The notes under the pieces are model-generated. The model saw only the letters and a program-made list of their open reading frames with translations. It was not told the origin of the DNA and ran no database searches. The position numbers and the translations under genes are program-made. Shown here piece after piece: positions 9,829 through 18,771 of a stretch of DNA of 64,000 bases (position 1 is the stretch's first letter; every line of letters begins with the position of its first letter). Where the stretch lies: NCBI GenBank assembly GCA_965204725.1, contig OZ242005.1, positions 480,001 to 544,000 on the forward strand, given 5' to 3'. The stretch comes from Candidatus Latescibacterota bacterium. Its GTDB lineage: Bacteria > Latescibacterota > UBA2968 > UBA8231.

Positions 9829-10161
9829 ATGAAAACCAACGAACAACCACAGCACCTCAACACCGCCCCCCGAGCCTTTGCTCACGGCGGTGCCAAAAGG
9901 CGCGTTGAGACCCGGGCCGGCCGGGTCATCGATGCGCGACAGCGCTTCGCCGCTTTGCGGCGCGGCTTAGACAGCGGGGCGTTGCCGCCCACCCCGGGCG
10001 AGCGGCAACGGGTCTGCGCGACATTCACCAAGCCAACCAAGGACCTCATCGCAAGGAGCAAGAATAGTATGCGACGCGAGATCATCAACCAAGGACTGAT
10101 GTACGCAATCATCAGCCTCTTTGTATTCGCGATGATGCCGCTCCTGCGCTTCCTCAGCTAA
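9829..10161 (+). CDS. Small basic protein with C-terminal transmembrane helix, unknown function
   Basis: 110-aa ORF, Arg-rich, ending in hydrophobic GLMYAIISLFVFAMMPLL; promoter-like sequence upstream and hairpin at ~10198-10228 downstream. Confidence 0.6.
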   Translation: MKTNEQPQHLNTAPRAFAHGGAKRRVETRAGRVIDARQRFAALRRGLDSGALPPTPGERQRVCATFTKPTKDLIARSKNSMRREIINQGLMYAIISLFVFAMMPLLRFLS

Positions 10162-10262
10162 TGGCTCTTTGACGCGCAGCGGCATTGCAAAACCGTCCTA
10201 GGGCAGCAGCGGCAACCGCTGCCCTAGGGCATCAACCCTTTCGACCTTAGGACAGAAAAAAC

Positions 10263-12704
10263 ATGCAAAATCGCAAGACCGATCTGTGCTCGCGGCTGGC
10301 CCACTGGCTGTATTGCTTGGGGTCGGTGGCCTGTGCGGTCCTCGGCCCCCGCGTCCTGCACGCCCACCAAGCACCCGACCGTGCGCTCAACGCCGTGCGT
10401 CTAGAAGGCGTCCGGCCGCAGATCGACGGCGTGCTCGACGACCCGGTGTGGCAGCAGGCCCCGGTCTTTACGGGCTTTGTCCAGCGCGAGCCCGAAGAGG
10501 GGCAGCCGGCGAGCGAACAGACCACCGTGCAGGTCGCGTACGACGACGAGATGCTCTACGTGGGGGTCATGGCCTACGATTCCGACCCCGAGGGCATTGT
10601 CTCGCGCTTGGTGCGCCGCGACCAGTGGGCCGAAGCCGATTGGATCCAAGTCAGCTTAGACACGCATCACGACCACCAGACGGGCTACGCCTTCTCGGTG
10701 TATGCCGGCGGGTCAATCTACGACTCTGTAATCCGGGATTACGGCTGGGACAACGACGCTTGGAACGGCGTGTGGGAATCCGCGCATCGCATCGGTACAG
10801 AGGGCTGGAGCGTGGAGTTCGCCATCCCGTTCCACAACCTCCGCTTTAGCAGCGGGGGGGACTGGGGCATCAACATCGCCCGCTACATCAGCCGCAAGAA
10901 GGAACAAGTTTTCTGGGTTATGATCCCGCGCAAGGAGAGCGGTTGGGTCTCGCGCTTTGCCCACTTAGAGGGCTTGGCAGACATCCAATCTAGGCGGACG
11001 CTGGAGCTTTTGCCCTACTCGGTGGGCCGCTCCACCTTTGCGGCTGGGCGCGAGTTATTCGGCAATGCCGGCGCAGACTTGCGCTATGGGCTGTCGTCGA
11101 ATGTGTCGCTCAACGCCACGATCAACCCGGATTTCGGCCAAGTAGAGGCCGACCCGGCCGAGCTCAACCTCTCGGTCTTTGAGTCGTTCCAAGAAGAGCG
11201 CCGCCCCTTCTTCGTGGCGGACAGCGAGGCTTTCGACACGCCAATTGACTTGTTCTACTCGCGGCGCATCGGTCGCCAGCCGAGCTTTCACGCCCTGCCC
11301 GACGGGCACAATGCCCTCGACGAGAGCGAATCCACCACCATTCTGGGCGCGGCCAAGCTGACCGGCAAGACTGCGGCCAAGACCACCTTTGGCCTGCTGA
11401 CGGCCCTTGCTGCCAGAGAGTACGTCCGCATTGAAACAACCTTGGTGCGCGAGGAGGCTCCAAAGCATCGCGACTTCCTCGTCGAGCCGCGGACCCACTT
11501 CCTCGTCGGCCGCGTCAAGCAGGACCTATTTGCGGGCAACTCGCATGTCGGGCTTCTGGGTACGGCCGTGCAGCGCGACCGAGCACACGACGCCTATACC
11601 GGCGGTGTGGATTGGACGCTCAAGTGGCGCGACAACGGATACACCTTTTGGGGTCAGCTCGCTGGCAGCCTCGCCACGGTAGATGACCGGCGTCGTGGCG
11701 GTTTGGGCAATATGGCGGTCTTGAGCAAGAACAGCGGCTGGTTGCGCGGCGAGCTGTGGTGGGAGGCCTATTCGCGGCATTTCGAGATCAACGACCTTGG
11801 CTTTCAGTGGCGCAACGACTTCTACACCCCTTGGCTCTGGATACAGCTGCGCAAGGAAGAGGACTGGGCCATCTTTCGCCGCAATTTCTACAACTTCAAT
11901 CGCTGGGGGACGTGGAATTTCGACCGCACCAACCTGCAAAACGGCTTCGACTTCAACACGCACCACCAGCTCAAAAACTACTGGTGGATCCACTTCGATT
12001 ACTACCATACATGGCGGTCCTTCGACGACCTCGACACCCGCGGTGGCCCCCTGATTGTGAGGCCGGCAAACGACGGCTTTGAGATTGAGTTGGAAAGCGA
12101 CGACCGCTTCATGGTCAGCGGCTGGGTCGAGTTTGAATGGGAGAACAACTCGGTTGGCAGCACCCACCGCGAGGTCTCTGGCAGCATCCGCATCCGGCCG
12201 ACTTCGCGGTTCGAGATCAGCCTGCGGCCGCGCTATAGCTGGGATTTCAACGATGCCCAATGGGTCGAAAACCTTGATGCGAACGCCGACGGGGAAGACG
12301 ATCTATTCCTGTACGGGGCGCTCGACAGCCAAACCCTCGACCTGACGACGCGGGCCAACATCCTCTTCAGCCGCGACCTAAGCGTGGAGGTCTATGTCCA
12401 GCCTTTTATTAGCGCGGGCCGCTACGCCCACTTCAAGGCACTGGCGAAGCCGCGCTCCTACTCGTTTGTCGATCATCCCGGCCCCGATAAAAGCCCTGAT
12501 TTCCGCAACCGCTCGCTGCACAGCAACGCCGTCCTGCGCTGGGAGTACAAGCCGGGCAGCACCCTTTTCATCGTCTGGTCGCAGTTCCGCGACGACGAAG
12601 CCGAGGTGGGGGCGTTTCGCCCCGGGCACAACCTGCGGCGCAGCTTTATAGACGAGGGGACCAATATTTTCTTGGTAAAGCTCAACTATTGGCTACACAT
12701 CTAG
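10263..12704 (+). CDS. DUF5916 / CBM9-like domain outer-membrane protein
   Basis: Signal peptide, IDGVLDDPVW CBM9-like start, NPDFGQVEAD, ERRPFF, LFYSRRIG, C-terminal beta-signal LVKLNYWL. Confidence 0.85.
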   Translation: MQNRKTDLCSRLAHWLYCLGSVACAVLGPRVLHAHQAPDRALNAVRLEGVRPQIDGVLDDPVWQQAPVFTGFVQREPEEGQPASEQTTVQVAYDDEMLYVGVMAYDSDPEGIVSRLVRRDQWAEADWIQVSLDTHHDHQTGYAFSVYAGGSIYDSVIRDYGWDNDAWNGVWESAHRIGTEGWSVEFAIPFHNLRFSSGGDWGINIARYISRKKEQVFWVMIPRKESGWVSRFAHLEGLADIQSRRTLELLPYSVGRSTFAAGRELFGNAGADLRYGLSSNVSLNATINPDFGQVEADPAELNLSVFESFQEERRPFFVADSEAFDTPIDLFYSRRIGRQPSFHALPDGHNALDESESTTILGAAKLTGKTAAKTTFGLLTALAAREYVRIETTLVREEAPKHRDFLVEPRTHFLVGRVKQDLFAGNSHVGLLGTAVQRDRAHDAYTGGVDWTLKWRDNGYTFWGQLAGSLATVDDRRRGGLGNMAVLSKNSGWLRGELWWEAYSRHFEINDLGFQWRNDFYTPWLWIQLRKEEDWAIFRRNFYNFNRWGTWNFDRTNLQNGFDFNTHHQLKNYWWIHFDYYHTWRSFDDLDTRGGPLIVRPANDGFEIELESDDRFMVSGWVEFEWENNSVGSTHREVSGSIRIRPTSRFEISLRPRYSWDFNDAQWVENLDANADGEDDLFLYGALDSQTLDLTTRANILFSRDLSVEVYVQPFISAGRYAHFKALAKPRSYSFVDHPGPDKSPDFRNRSLHSNAVLRWEYKPGSTLFIVWSQFRDDEAEVGAFRPGHNLRRSFIDEGTNIFLVKLNYWLHI

Positions 12705-12830
12705 GGCGGGGATTTCGCTCTGCATTCGGCCCTTGCCGCGAAAGCTGCGGTGAGGGCTAAACGGGCGGCGGGCTTCGGCGGCAGCACCCGCTCTACGCGC
12801 AGAGCTACGAGTTTGAGCGGGCGATGCTCG

Positions 12831-13631
12831 TCAGTTGTTTATGCCCGAAGTTCGGACGGATGCGCGGACTTGGCCCCCGTGTTCGGCGAGCCAAGAGCGG
12901 AAAAATTGCAACACGGCTTCGCCGTCTCCCTGCTGTCGTTGCTTCCGCTGAATGAGCCATAGCTCAATCTCGACGTCGCGCAGGTCCGGGTTGAGCCCGC
13001 GGGCTTGGGGGCTGCCGCGGAAGCGCTCAAAATTCGGCTGAGCCTTGTAGAACGAAATCGCGTCGCTGTTCTGGAGGAGATCGGAAACGATGATGAGACG
13101 CCGCGGCACATTGCGCCGTTTGGTACTCTGAAAATGCTTGATGGCAACCGACTGCACCGACTCCATGATCGGCGACGACTTCGCCTCTTTGTTCGTGAGT
13201 AGCTTTTTAAGCTCCTCTTCTAAAGGCGCGCGAAATTTCTGCTGCCAGTTGCGCCGCATGATCGCTTCGGATTGCGTGAGGTGATCGACGTTGTCCGGGT
13301 CGCCGGGACTACAGACCTCGATAATCGGGTCGAGGCTCCCGCCATGCGTGGGATCCATGGCAAAAAGACTGATCTCGTGGTTTTCCTCGATCTCGTCGAG
13401 CAAGTTCCAGATCCGCTGCTCTAGATCGGACTTGGTGGTGGGCAAGAACGAATCCGTGCGGTCGAGCAGAATCGCCGTAATCGCCGAAGGCCCCTCCGAC
13501 CGGCACAGGGTCTTTGGATCGCGCTCGACCGCCGAGGGCTTTAGCCACACGACAACGAGCAAGACAACGATGACCCCCGCGATCATCGAACCGCCTACTA
13601 TCTTTTTTTTCGATAGCTTGCTTTTACTCAT
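12831..13631 (-). CDS. Membrane-anchored vWA-like domain protein
   Basis: N-terminal TM; LLDRTDS (MIDAS-like DxTxS), SPIMES, LIIVSDLLQNS; ATG overlaps upstream TGA. Confidence 0.65.
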   Translation of the reverse strand: MSKSKLSKKKIVGGSMIAGVIVVLLVVVWLKPSAVERDPKTLCRSEGPSAITAILLDRTDSFLPTTKSDLEQRIWNLLDEIEENHEISLFAMDPTHGGSLDPIIEVCSPGDPDNVDHLTQSEAIMRRNWQQKFRAPLEEELKKLLTNKEAKSSPIMESVQSVAIKHFQSTKRRNVPRRLIIVSDLLQNSDAISFYKAQPNFERFRGSPQARGLNPDLRDVEIELWLIQRKQRQQGDGEAVLQFFRSWLAEHGGQVRASVRTSGINN

Positions 13632-15040
13632 CAACTTTCGTCCTGATCGTCCCTCGCGCTATCCGGCTGCCGCCGATGCGGAGCCAAAGGCCGCAATTCC
13701 TCGCTACCCATATCGTACTGGTAGTGTAGTTCCTTCACGCCGTTGTCAATTTTTACCTCCGCGGCACCGGTGATCTTCAAGATCTCCTCGCGCGTCAGCA
13801 TGGCCTTGGGCAAGCTGGTGTCTATTGGCGTTTTTATTATTCGCCAAGGCTTCTTAAAGCGCTCGGGGGCTTCTCCGTCTCGCATCGCCCGGTTGGTATC
13901 CCGGTAGAGCTTGAGCAAGTGGTTGCCCGCGTGCTCCAAGTGCTCTAGATGGTCGTCGAACGATTTGATGAGGCGTCGATGGTCGTCGATGATGGAGTCG
14001 TGTCGTCGCCCCGCGAGCAAAATGTTTTGCTTGATGTCCTCCAACGCCTGCACCGCCTCATCCGACGTTTTCTTTAATCCCTTTAGGTTGTCCTGATAGA
14101 GCGCGTTGTACGCTTCGTCGGCCTCCGCAAATACGCGCGCACACTTTGCGAACCCCGGATAGCGGTCATCCCACAGGATTCCATCAATAAAGCTAATAAT
14201 CGCAAAGAGGAAGCCCATAAAGAACAAGATCCACGATTGGAAGTCCGCTAGGTTCAATGGATTCTCGCCAAAAGCGGCGATGGCGAGTTTCCCCCCTTGG
14301 TCGAGCACCGTGCCCGTTGTTTCTCGATAGTGCGCTACCATCAGGTTGAAAAACAACGCAAAGCCGATAAACACCACGACGCCGATAATGCCCACGGACC
14401 GTCGGCCCCAGTGGATGTGGTTGAAATTGGTGACGAGGATGCCGAGCAAGAAGGCAATACCTAAATTGACAAACGAGATGACAACCGCCTCGGTGTACGC
14501 GCCGAACAGCCCGAACTCATTGCCCTTTGCCAGAAAGGAGGCATTGCCAAAGGTCTCAATGAGAAAGAGCACGGCGATGATGCCTATGTTAAATATCTTG
14601 TCGTCCCAACTGCGGGGCTGCGGCTCGCGGCTGAGGCCATTTTGTTCCTTAAATTGCTGCAAGTCTTCTTTTTTTCGCCGCAGGTCCTGTTGCTCCCTAC
14701 TCAACTCCACGATGGCCTTATCGACGTGCTGATCAAACTCGGCGCGTTGCTTGGCCGTTTCGAGATCAATGGAACTTAGCTGCTCGCGGAAATCTAGCGC
14801 GACGAGACGCTCTCTGTATGCCTTTAGCGTGCTCTCACACACCTTTTGCGCCTGTGCTTGCGCGCTTTCAATTAGCCCGATGACCTTGCGTTCGGTGGGG
14901 TCGAGGTCGTCTTCTGCACTGTCTAATGCGGGCCTCCCCCGCCTCGCGTTTCTTTGGCTATCCTCTACGATATGCAGATCTTCCGCGACCTTATTGGTGT
15001 CGATCTTCTCAAACAGGTCGGTGTGAAGTTCGTCCGTCAT
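13631..15040 (-). CDS. Coiled-coil protein with central 4-TM bundle, unknown function
   Basis: Charged heptad-rich N- and C-terminal regions around four hydrophobic helices; start MTDEL with GAGGAG RBS; lower GC than flanks. Confidence 0.75.
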   Translation of the reverse strand: MTDELHTDLFEKIDTNKVAEDLHIVEDSQRNARRGRPALDSAEDDLDPTERKVIGLIESAQAQAQKVCESTLKAYRERLVALDFREQLSSIDLETAKQRAEFDQHVDKAIVELSREQQDLRRKKEDLQQFKEQNGLSREPQPRSWDDKIFNIGIIAVLFLIETFGNASFLAKGNEFGLFGAYTEAVVISFVNLGIAFLLGILVTNFNHIHWGRRSVGIIGVVVFIGFALFFNLMVAHYRETTGTVLDQGGKLAIAAFGENPLNLADFQSWILFFMGFLFAIISFIDGILWDDRYPGFAKCARVFAEADEAYNALYQDNLKGLKKTSDEAVQALEDIKQNILLAGRRHDSIIDDHRRLIKSFDDHLEHLEHAGNHLLKLYRDTNRAMRDGEAPERFKKPWRIIKTPIDTSLPKAMLTREEILKITGAAEVKIDNGVKELHYQYDMGSEELRPLAPHRRQPDSARDDQDES

Positions 15041-15156
15041 CGCATACTTCTCCTCATTTGCAGCGTATTTGGGGCTGAAAGGATGGGGATTGGGGGGATA
15101 TATTAAAGATAGACATAACTGCGATTTTCGCATCCCTATTCTTTAATGCCCAACCC

Positions 15157-16290
15157 TCAGAGCACCACCCTAAACCCCTCTCGGTCCTCCATGCCCTGTG
15201 CGAAGATGCGCGGGTCGATGTCGAGGCCCGCGCCGAGCGTGTCGGGGACGTGCAGGATGGAAGCGTCCAGCCGCCAGCCGTCCGTGATTAGCCCGGGCAT
15301 GGTAGCCGGCGCGGCTTCAAGCAGGCAGAAGTTCGGGATGGAAGCGGCGAAATGGGCGTGGTGAAAGCGCTCGACATAAGACCCCCAGCAGTGGGGGGCG
15401 CACAGCGCGTTCCACTGCTCTAGACGCGCCGCAGTGCTCCGCCACCACGTCAGGCCGAGGGCGCGAAAATCGTGCTGCACCACGTCGATAAATCCCTTTT
15501 CTACCAAGTCAAAAAAGTACGGCGGCGGTGAAAACTCCCCGTCGGCAACGAGCGTATCCCAGCCGTTTTCGACGATGTGCTCCTTAAGCGCTTGGTTGAG
15601 CGGGGGGTCTTCGGCAAAAGGCTCCTCAAACCAATAGATGCCCACGTCCGCGCAAGCGTCCAACAGGGCTATAGCCGTATTGAGCGTATTGCCCATGTTG
15701 GCGTCAATGAGCACCTTGGCCTGCGGACCGGCGGCTTCGCGCACCGTGCGAATGACCAGCTCGTCGCGCTTGAGGCCCGCGCCGGTGGGCATCCAGCGTG
15801 CGCCGCGGCCAACCTTGATCTTGAAATGCAAATAGCCGTGCTCGTGGCCGGTGGCGACTTCGCGGCGGAAGATGTCTTGGACCTGTTCCTCATCGGTGGC
15901 CTCCAAATCGTCGATATAGATCGAGCCATCGTACACTTCGACCTCGCGTTTGCCGCGGGCGCCGAGCAGGCGGTACAGCGGCAGAGCCATCATCCGTGCC
16001 ACCAAATCCCACAGCGGCAGGTCGAGGGGGCGGCCCGCGGGCAGGCAGCCGTCGGGGAGCTGGAAGAGATCGCCGATCTCCTTGCCGAGGAGTGCCTGCG
16101 CTGTGGCCTCGTCAATGCTGGACCAACCCAAGCCCCAAGCCCCGCCATCCGTGCGGACCCGGACGACTGGATCTGCGATCTGCTCGCCGTGAGCGGGAAC
16201 GCGGGCGTTGAAACCGCTGTGGCGCGGCCGGGTGCCGCGCAGAACGCATTTTTCAATACAAGTAATTTTCCCTTTGGGGATTTCGTGCAT
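15157..16290 (-). CDS. Mandelate racemase/muconate lactonizing enzyme (enolase superfamily)
   Basis: DLPLWDL, FKIKVG, LIDAN, WFEEPF, VADGE, APHCW; start MHEIP with AAGGAG RBS. Confidence 0.88.
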   Translation of the reverse strand: MHEIPKGKITCIEKCVLRGTRPRHSGFNARVPAHGEQIADPVVRVRTDGGAWGLGWSSIDEATAQALLGKEIGDLFQLPDGCLPAGRPLDLPLWDLVARMMALPLYRLLGARGKREVEVYDGSIYIDDLEATDEEQVQDIFRREVATGHEHGYLHFKIKVGRGARWMPTGAGLKRDELVIRTVREAAGPQAKVLIDANMGNTLNTAIALLDACADVGIYWFEEPFAEDPPLNQALKEHIVENGWDTLVADGEFSPPPYFFDLVEKGFIDVVQHDFRALGLTWWRSTAARLEQWNALCAPHCWGSYVERFHHAHFAASIPNFCLLEAAPATMPGLITDGWRLDASILHVPDTLGAGLDIDPRIFAQGMEDREGFRVVL

Positions 16291-16403
16291 GGTCAAGCTC
16301 CTTGTCAGGGTGCCGGTGCGGCTAAGTATGCGAAAGGTCAAACTGGCCGCGGACGACGCGGCTGTAGGGCGTTGGGCACTGGGTAAGCGATGGTGGAGGC
16401 TCA

Positions 16404-16489
16404 ATAATACAAGGGAGTTGTTGGATGTCAAACGGCGCTCCCGGGCTACGTAGGTCGCTGTTGACCCGCTACAGGAGCGGGCGTACTAT
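16404..16489. promoter_or_regulatory. Divergent sigma70-type promoters
   Basis: Minus strand TTGACA-16-TATTAT (16431 to 16404); plus strand TTGACC-17-TACTAT (16461-16489). Confidence 0.55.
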
Positions 16490-16538
16490 TCCGCACGATC
16501 CGCACCAATGAGCAATTATGCCGAGGAAGGGAAGCACT

Positions 16539-17060
16539 GTGTTTGAGCGACCCGATTGGAACGAGTACTACATGCGCATCGCCATGGCGGTCCGGGCGCG
16601 CGCCAACTGCACGGGCAACCGCGTTGGGGCCATCTTGGTACAGAACGACCGGATTATTTCGACTGGCTACAACGGCACCCCACACAACATGGTCAACTGC
16701 CTCGACGGCGGGTGTGCCCGCTGTGCCCGCCGCGACCAACACGCTTCGGGCAAGGATTACGATTTGTGCATCTGCGTCCACGCCGAGCAAAACGCCCTGC
16801 TGTCGGCGGCCCGCTTTGGCATCGCCACCGAAGGAGCGGTGCTGTATTCGACGATGCGCCCTTGTTTTGGCTGTGCCAAAGAAATTCTCCAAGCCAAGAT
16901 ACACGCGGTGTATTACCTACACGATTGGATTTATCCCGATGTCGAGCGGCAGGCCAGCTACGAGGAGTTGTTGTCGTTTATACCCGGGGGGGTGCGGCCC
17001 GTAGCGATGGACGACTCGGACGCGGTTTGGGCCGTCTCCAACTTGCGCCAAGACGAGTGA
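16539..17060 (+). CDS. dCMP deaminase family (ComEB-like)
   Basis: RPDWNEYYM, STGYNGTP, HAEQNA, PCFGC zinc motifs; GTG start assumed. Confidence 0.9.
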   Translation: MFERPDWNEYYMRIAMAVRARANCTGNRVGAILVQNDRIISTGYNGTPHNMVNCLDGGCARCARRDQHASGKDYDLCICVHAEQNALLSAARFGIATEGAVLYSTMRPCFGCAKEILQAKIHAVYYLHDWIYPDVERQASYEELLSFIPGGVRPVAMDDSDAVWAVSNLRQDE

Positions 17061-17062
17061 GG

Positions 17063-18496
17063 ATGAGGCTCGTTGCGTGGGCTGCGTGGGCGAGCCTGCT
17101 AGCCGTGCGGCCCGGCGGTGCCGAGCCGGTCGCCGTGGTTCCGGCGGCTTCCAAGCCAACGCTCGACGGCATCTTGGTCGAGTGGGGAGCACCCGAGCGC
17201 ATCGGCCTAGTCCCCGGCGGGGAGCGAGTGGGCGTACGGGGGGCCTTTACCGGCGCGGCCGATCACGAGGCCGACCTCTACCTGATGTGGGATGCCGACT
17301 GCGTGTACGTGGCGGCCGCGGTGGTTGACGATACTGTGGATGCCCAACAGATTCCCCCGGACCAAAACGAATGGCGCGGCCCATCCGGGGAGCGCAGAGA
17401 CGCGATGTTTTACTACGATCACCTGAAAATTTTCTTGCGCGGCCCCAAGCAGCCTTTGGGGCACACCATCTGGCTGAGTCCAGCCGACGGCGCGCCCTAT
17501 TTGTGGGGAGGCATGCAGCGCGAGCAGCCCACAGAGCGCGTACCCGTAGAAGCCGGAGGGGCACGGCGCGAGCAACTCTACACCTTTGAAGTGGGCATTC
17601 CTTGGCGTTGGTTGGGTTTCTATCCTCAGCCCGATATGGTGCTTGACGCCCTCTTCCTGCTGCCGGATTCCGACCAGCCCGCCGAGGAACTTCGCGATAA
17701 GGTGCGGCAGAGCAACAAGTGGATCTGGTGGCAGGGCAAGGTGCAACTCAAGGGGCGGCCACCCGGGTTGCGCCAACCGCCCAAGGCGCAGGTCGTCGCG
17801 GAGATTGCGAAGAAGACGCGGGAGATTACCGTGCCCAAGGTGCCCCGAGCGGAACAAGAGACAAAGAAGGAGTGGGACGAGCGGGACTCGGTGGCAACGG
17901 GGGAACGTCGAGTCGCCCAGCGGGAAATTCCGGCGGCGGCGGACCGTGGCGGTTCTGGCAGCGCAACGGTCCAAGAGGTCGTGCCGACTGCGTCGTTGCG
18001 TGTGCTTAGATCGCGGCTGCTAGCGCGAAAAAAATCAGCACCGGATTGGGTGCGGGTGCTCAATGACGACGAGAGCGTGTCGCTGGGTCAAGTCGATTCC
18101 CTCTATTATAGATTGACTCATTCGCTGGTGCGCCTGAGCGCGGACCGCATTAACGCCCGCACTGACGGGCTCGTCATGGACATGGCCGAGTACGCCGGGA
18201 CTTGGCGGGCGCAGGCGCGGCACTTCTTGCAAAAACTGCTGGCCCAGACGCTCGCCGATCTAGCACAGGGGCGGCTGCATCCGCCGATCGTCGGCGCGGC
18301 CGCCGAGGTTGGCGTGGACAGCGATAAGGCCGTCCGCTTGGTGCAATCGCTCTGCCGCGAGGCTCTCAAGATATACACCGAGGGCAAGGTCGCTAATTCC
18401 GAAACCCTAATCGACAAAGCACGGCGGCGAGCCAAGCTCTCCGCGGCGCAGGCGCACGACCTGCTCGCAGTGCTGGCCGCGGCCATACCCCGATAA
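17063..18496 (+). CDS. Exported protein with CBM9/DOMON-like N-terminal domain and helical C-terminus
   Basis: Signal peptide, PTLDGILVEW, YLMWDADCVYVAAAVVDD, YTFEVGIPW; starts 2 nt after the deaminase stop. Confidence 0.6.
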   Translation: MRLVAWAAWASLLAVRPGGAEPVAVVPAASKPTLDGILVEWGAPERIGLVPGGERVGVRGAFTGAADHEADLYLMWDADCVYVAAAVVDDTVDAQQIPPDQNEWRGPSGERRDAMFYYDHLKIFLRGPKQPLGHTIWLSPADGAPYLWGGMQREQPTERVPVEAGGARREQLYTFEVGIPWRWLGFYPQPDMVLDALFLLPDSDQPAEELRDKVRQSNKWIWWQGKVQLKGRPPGLRQPPKAQVVAEIAKKTREITVPKVPRAEQETKKEWDERDSVATGERRVAQREIPAAADRGGSGSATVQEVVPTASLRVLRSRLLARKKSAPDWVRVLNDDESVSLGQVDSLYYRLTHSLVRLSADRINARTDGLVMDMAEYAGTWRAQARHFLQKLLAQTLADLAQGRLHPPIVGAAAEVGVDSDKAVRLVQSLCREALKIYTEGKVANSETLIDKARRRAKLSAAQAHDLLAVLAAAIPR

Positions 18497-18570
18497 ATTC
18501 CGTGAATCTCCGTCGCGGTTACTTGACCCTCGAAATCCGCTCTCCGAGAGAGGTTTTAAGAGATGACTAA
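18496..18570 (+). pseudogene. 3' remnant of a PIN-domain toxin gene
   Basis: Translates NSVNLRRGYLTLEIRSPREVLRDD*, resembling the N.VN...GY..LEIRSP.EV C-terminus of a PIN family; overlaps the next ATG (ATGACTAA). Confidence 0.55.
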
Positions 18571-18760
18571 CGAAAAGAAAAAGTTCGATTCCATTGAGAT
18601 GATGCGCTCGATTCGCGCCAAACTTTCGGTTCAGATCGAAGGGATGACACGCGAAGAGGAGCTCAATTGGCTCGCATCGCAGGAACTCAAAGATCCATTC
18701 TTGGAACGTCTCCGCAGGAAGGCGGCCAACAAGACCGCACAAACGAGACGTGCGACGTAG
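18563..18760 (+). CDS. Small PIN-associated protein (putative antitoxin)
   Basis: 65 aa, KKFDSIEMMRSIRAKLS...GMTREE pattern recalled from small proteins downstream of PIN genes. Confidence 0.55.
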   Translation: MTNEKKKFDSIEMMRSIRAKLSVQIEGMTREEELNWLASQELKDPFLERLRRKAANKTAQTRRAT

Positions 18761-18771
18761 GCAATCTCTGA

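Noticed and set aside
12705-12830. Hairpins between the convergent DUF5916 and vWA genes as ncRNA or attC
   Set aside because: Adequately explained as terminator-like structures between convergent genes; no attC core sites.
16539-17060. dCMP deaminase as an anti-phage dCTP deaminase (AvcD-like), given the nearby defence islet
   Set aside because: Single short domain without the P-loop kinase domain, host-like GC and outside the islet junction; looks housekeeping.
16556-17062. Long N-terminal extensions in the ORF track (646-aa ORF here; also 30597, 50514, 56794 and the 16431 start)
   Set aside because: They overlap real upstream genes or promoters; downstream starts with RBS or signal peptides fit better.
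18722-18771. attC-like GGCCAAC at the end of the 65-aa ORF (integron cassette)
   Set aside because: No matching GTTRRRY arm before the IS and no integrase in the window; cannot be supported.
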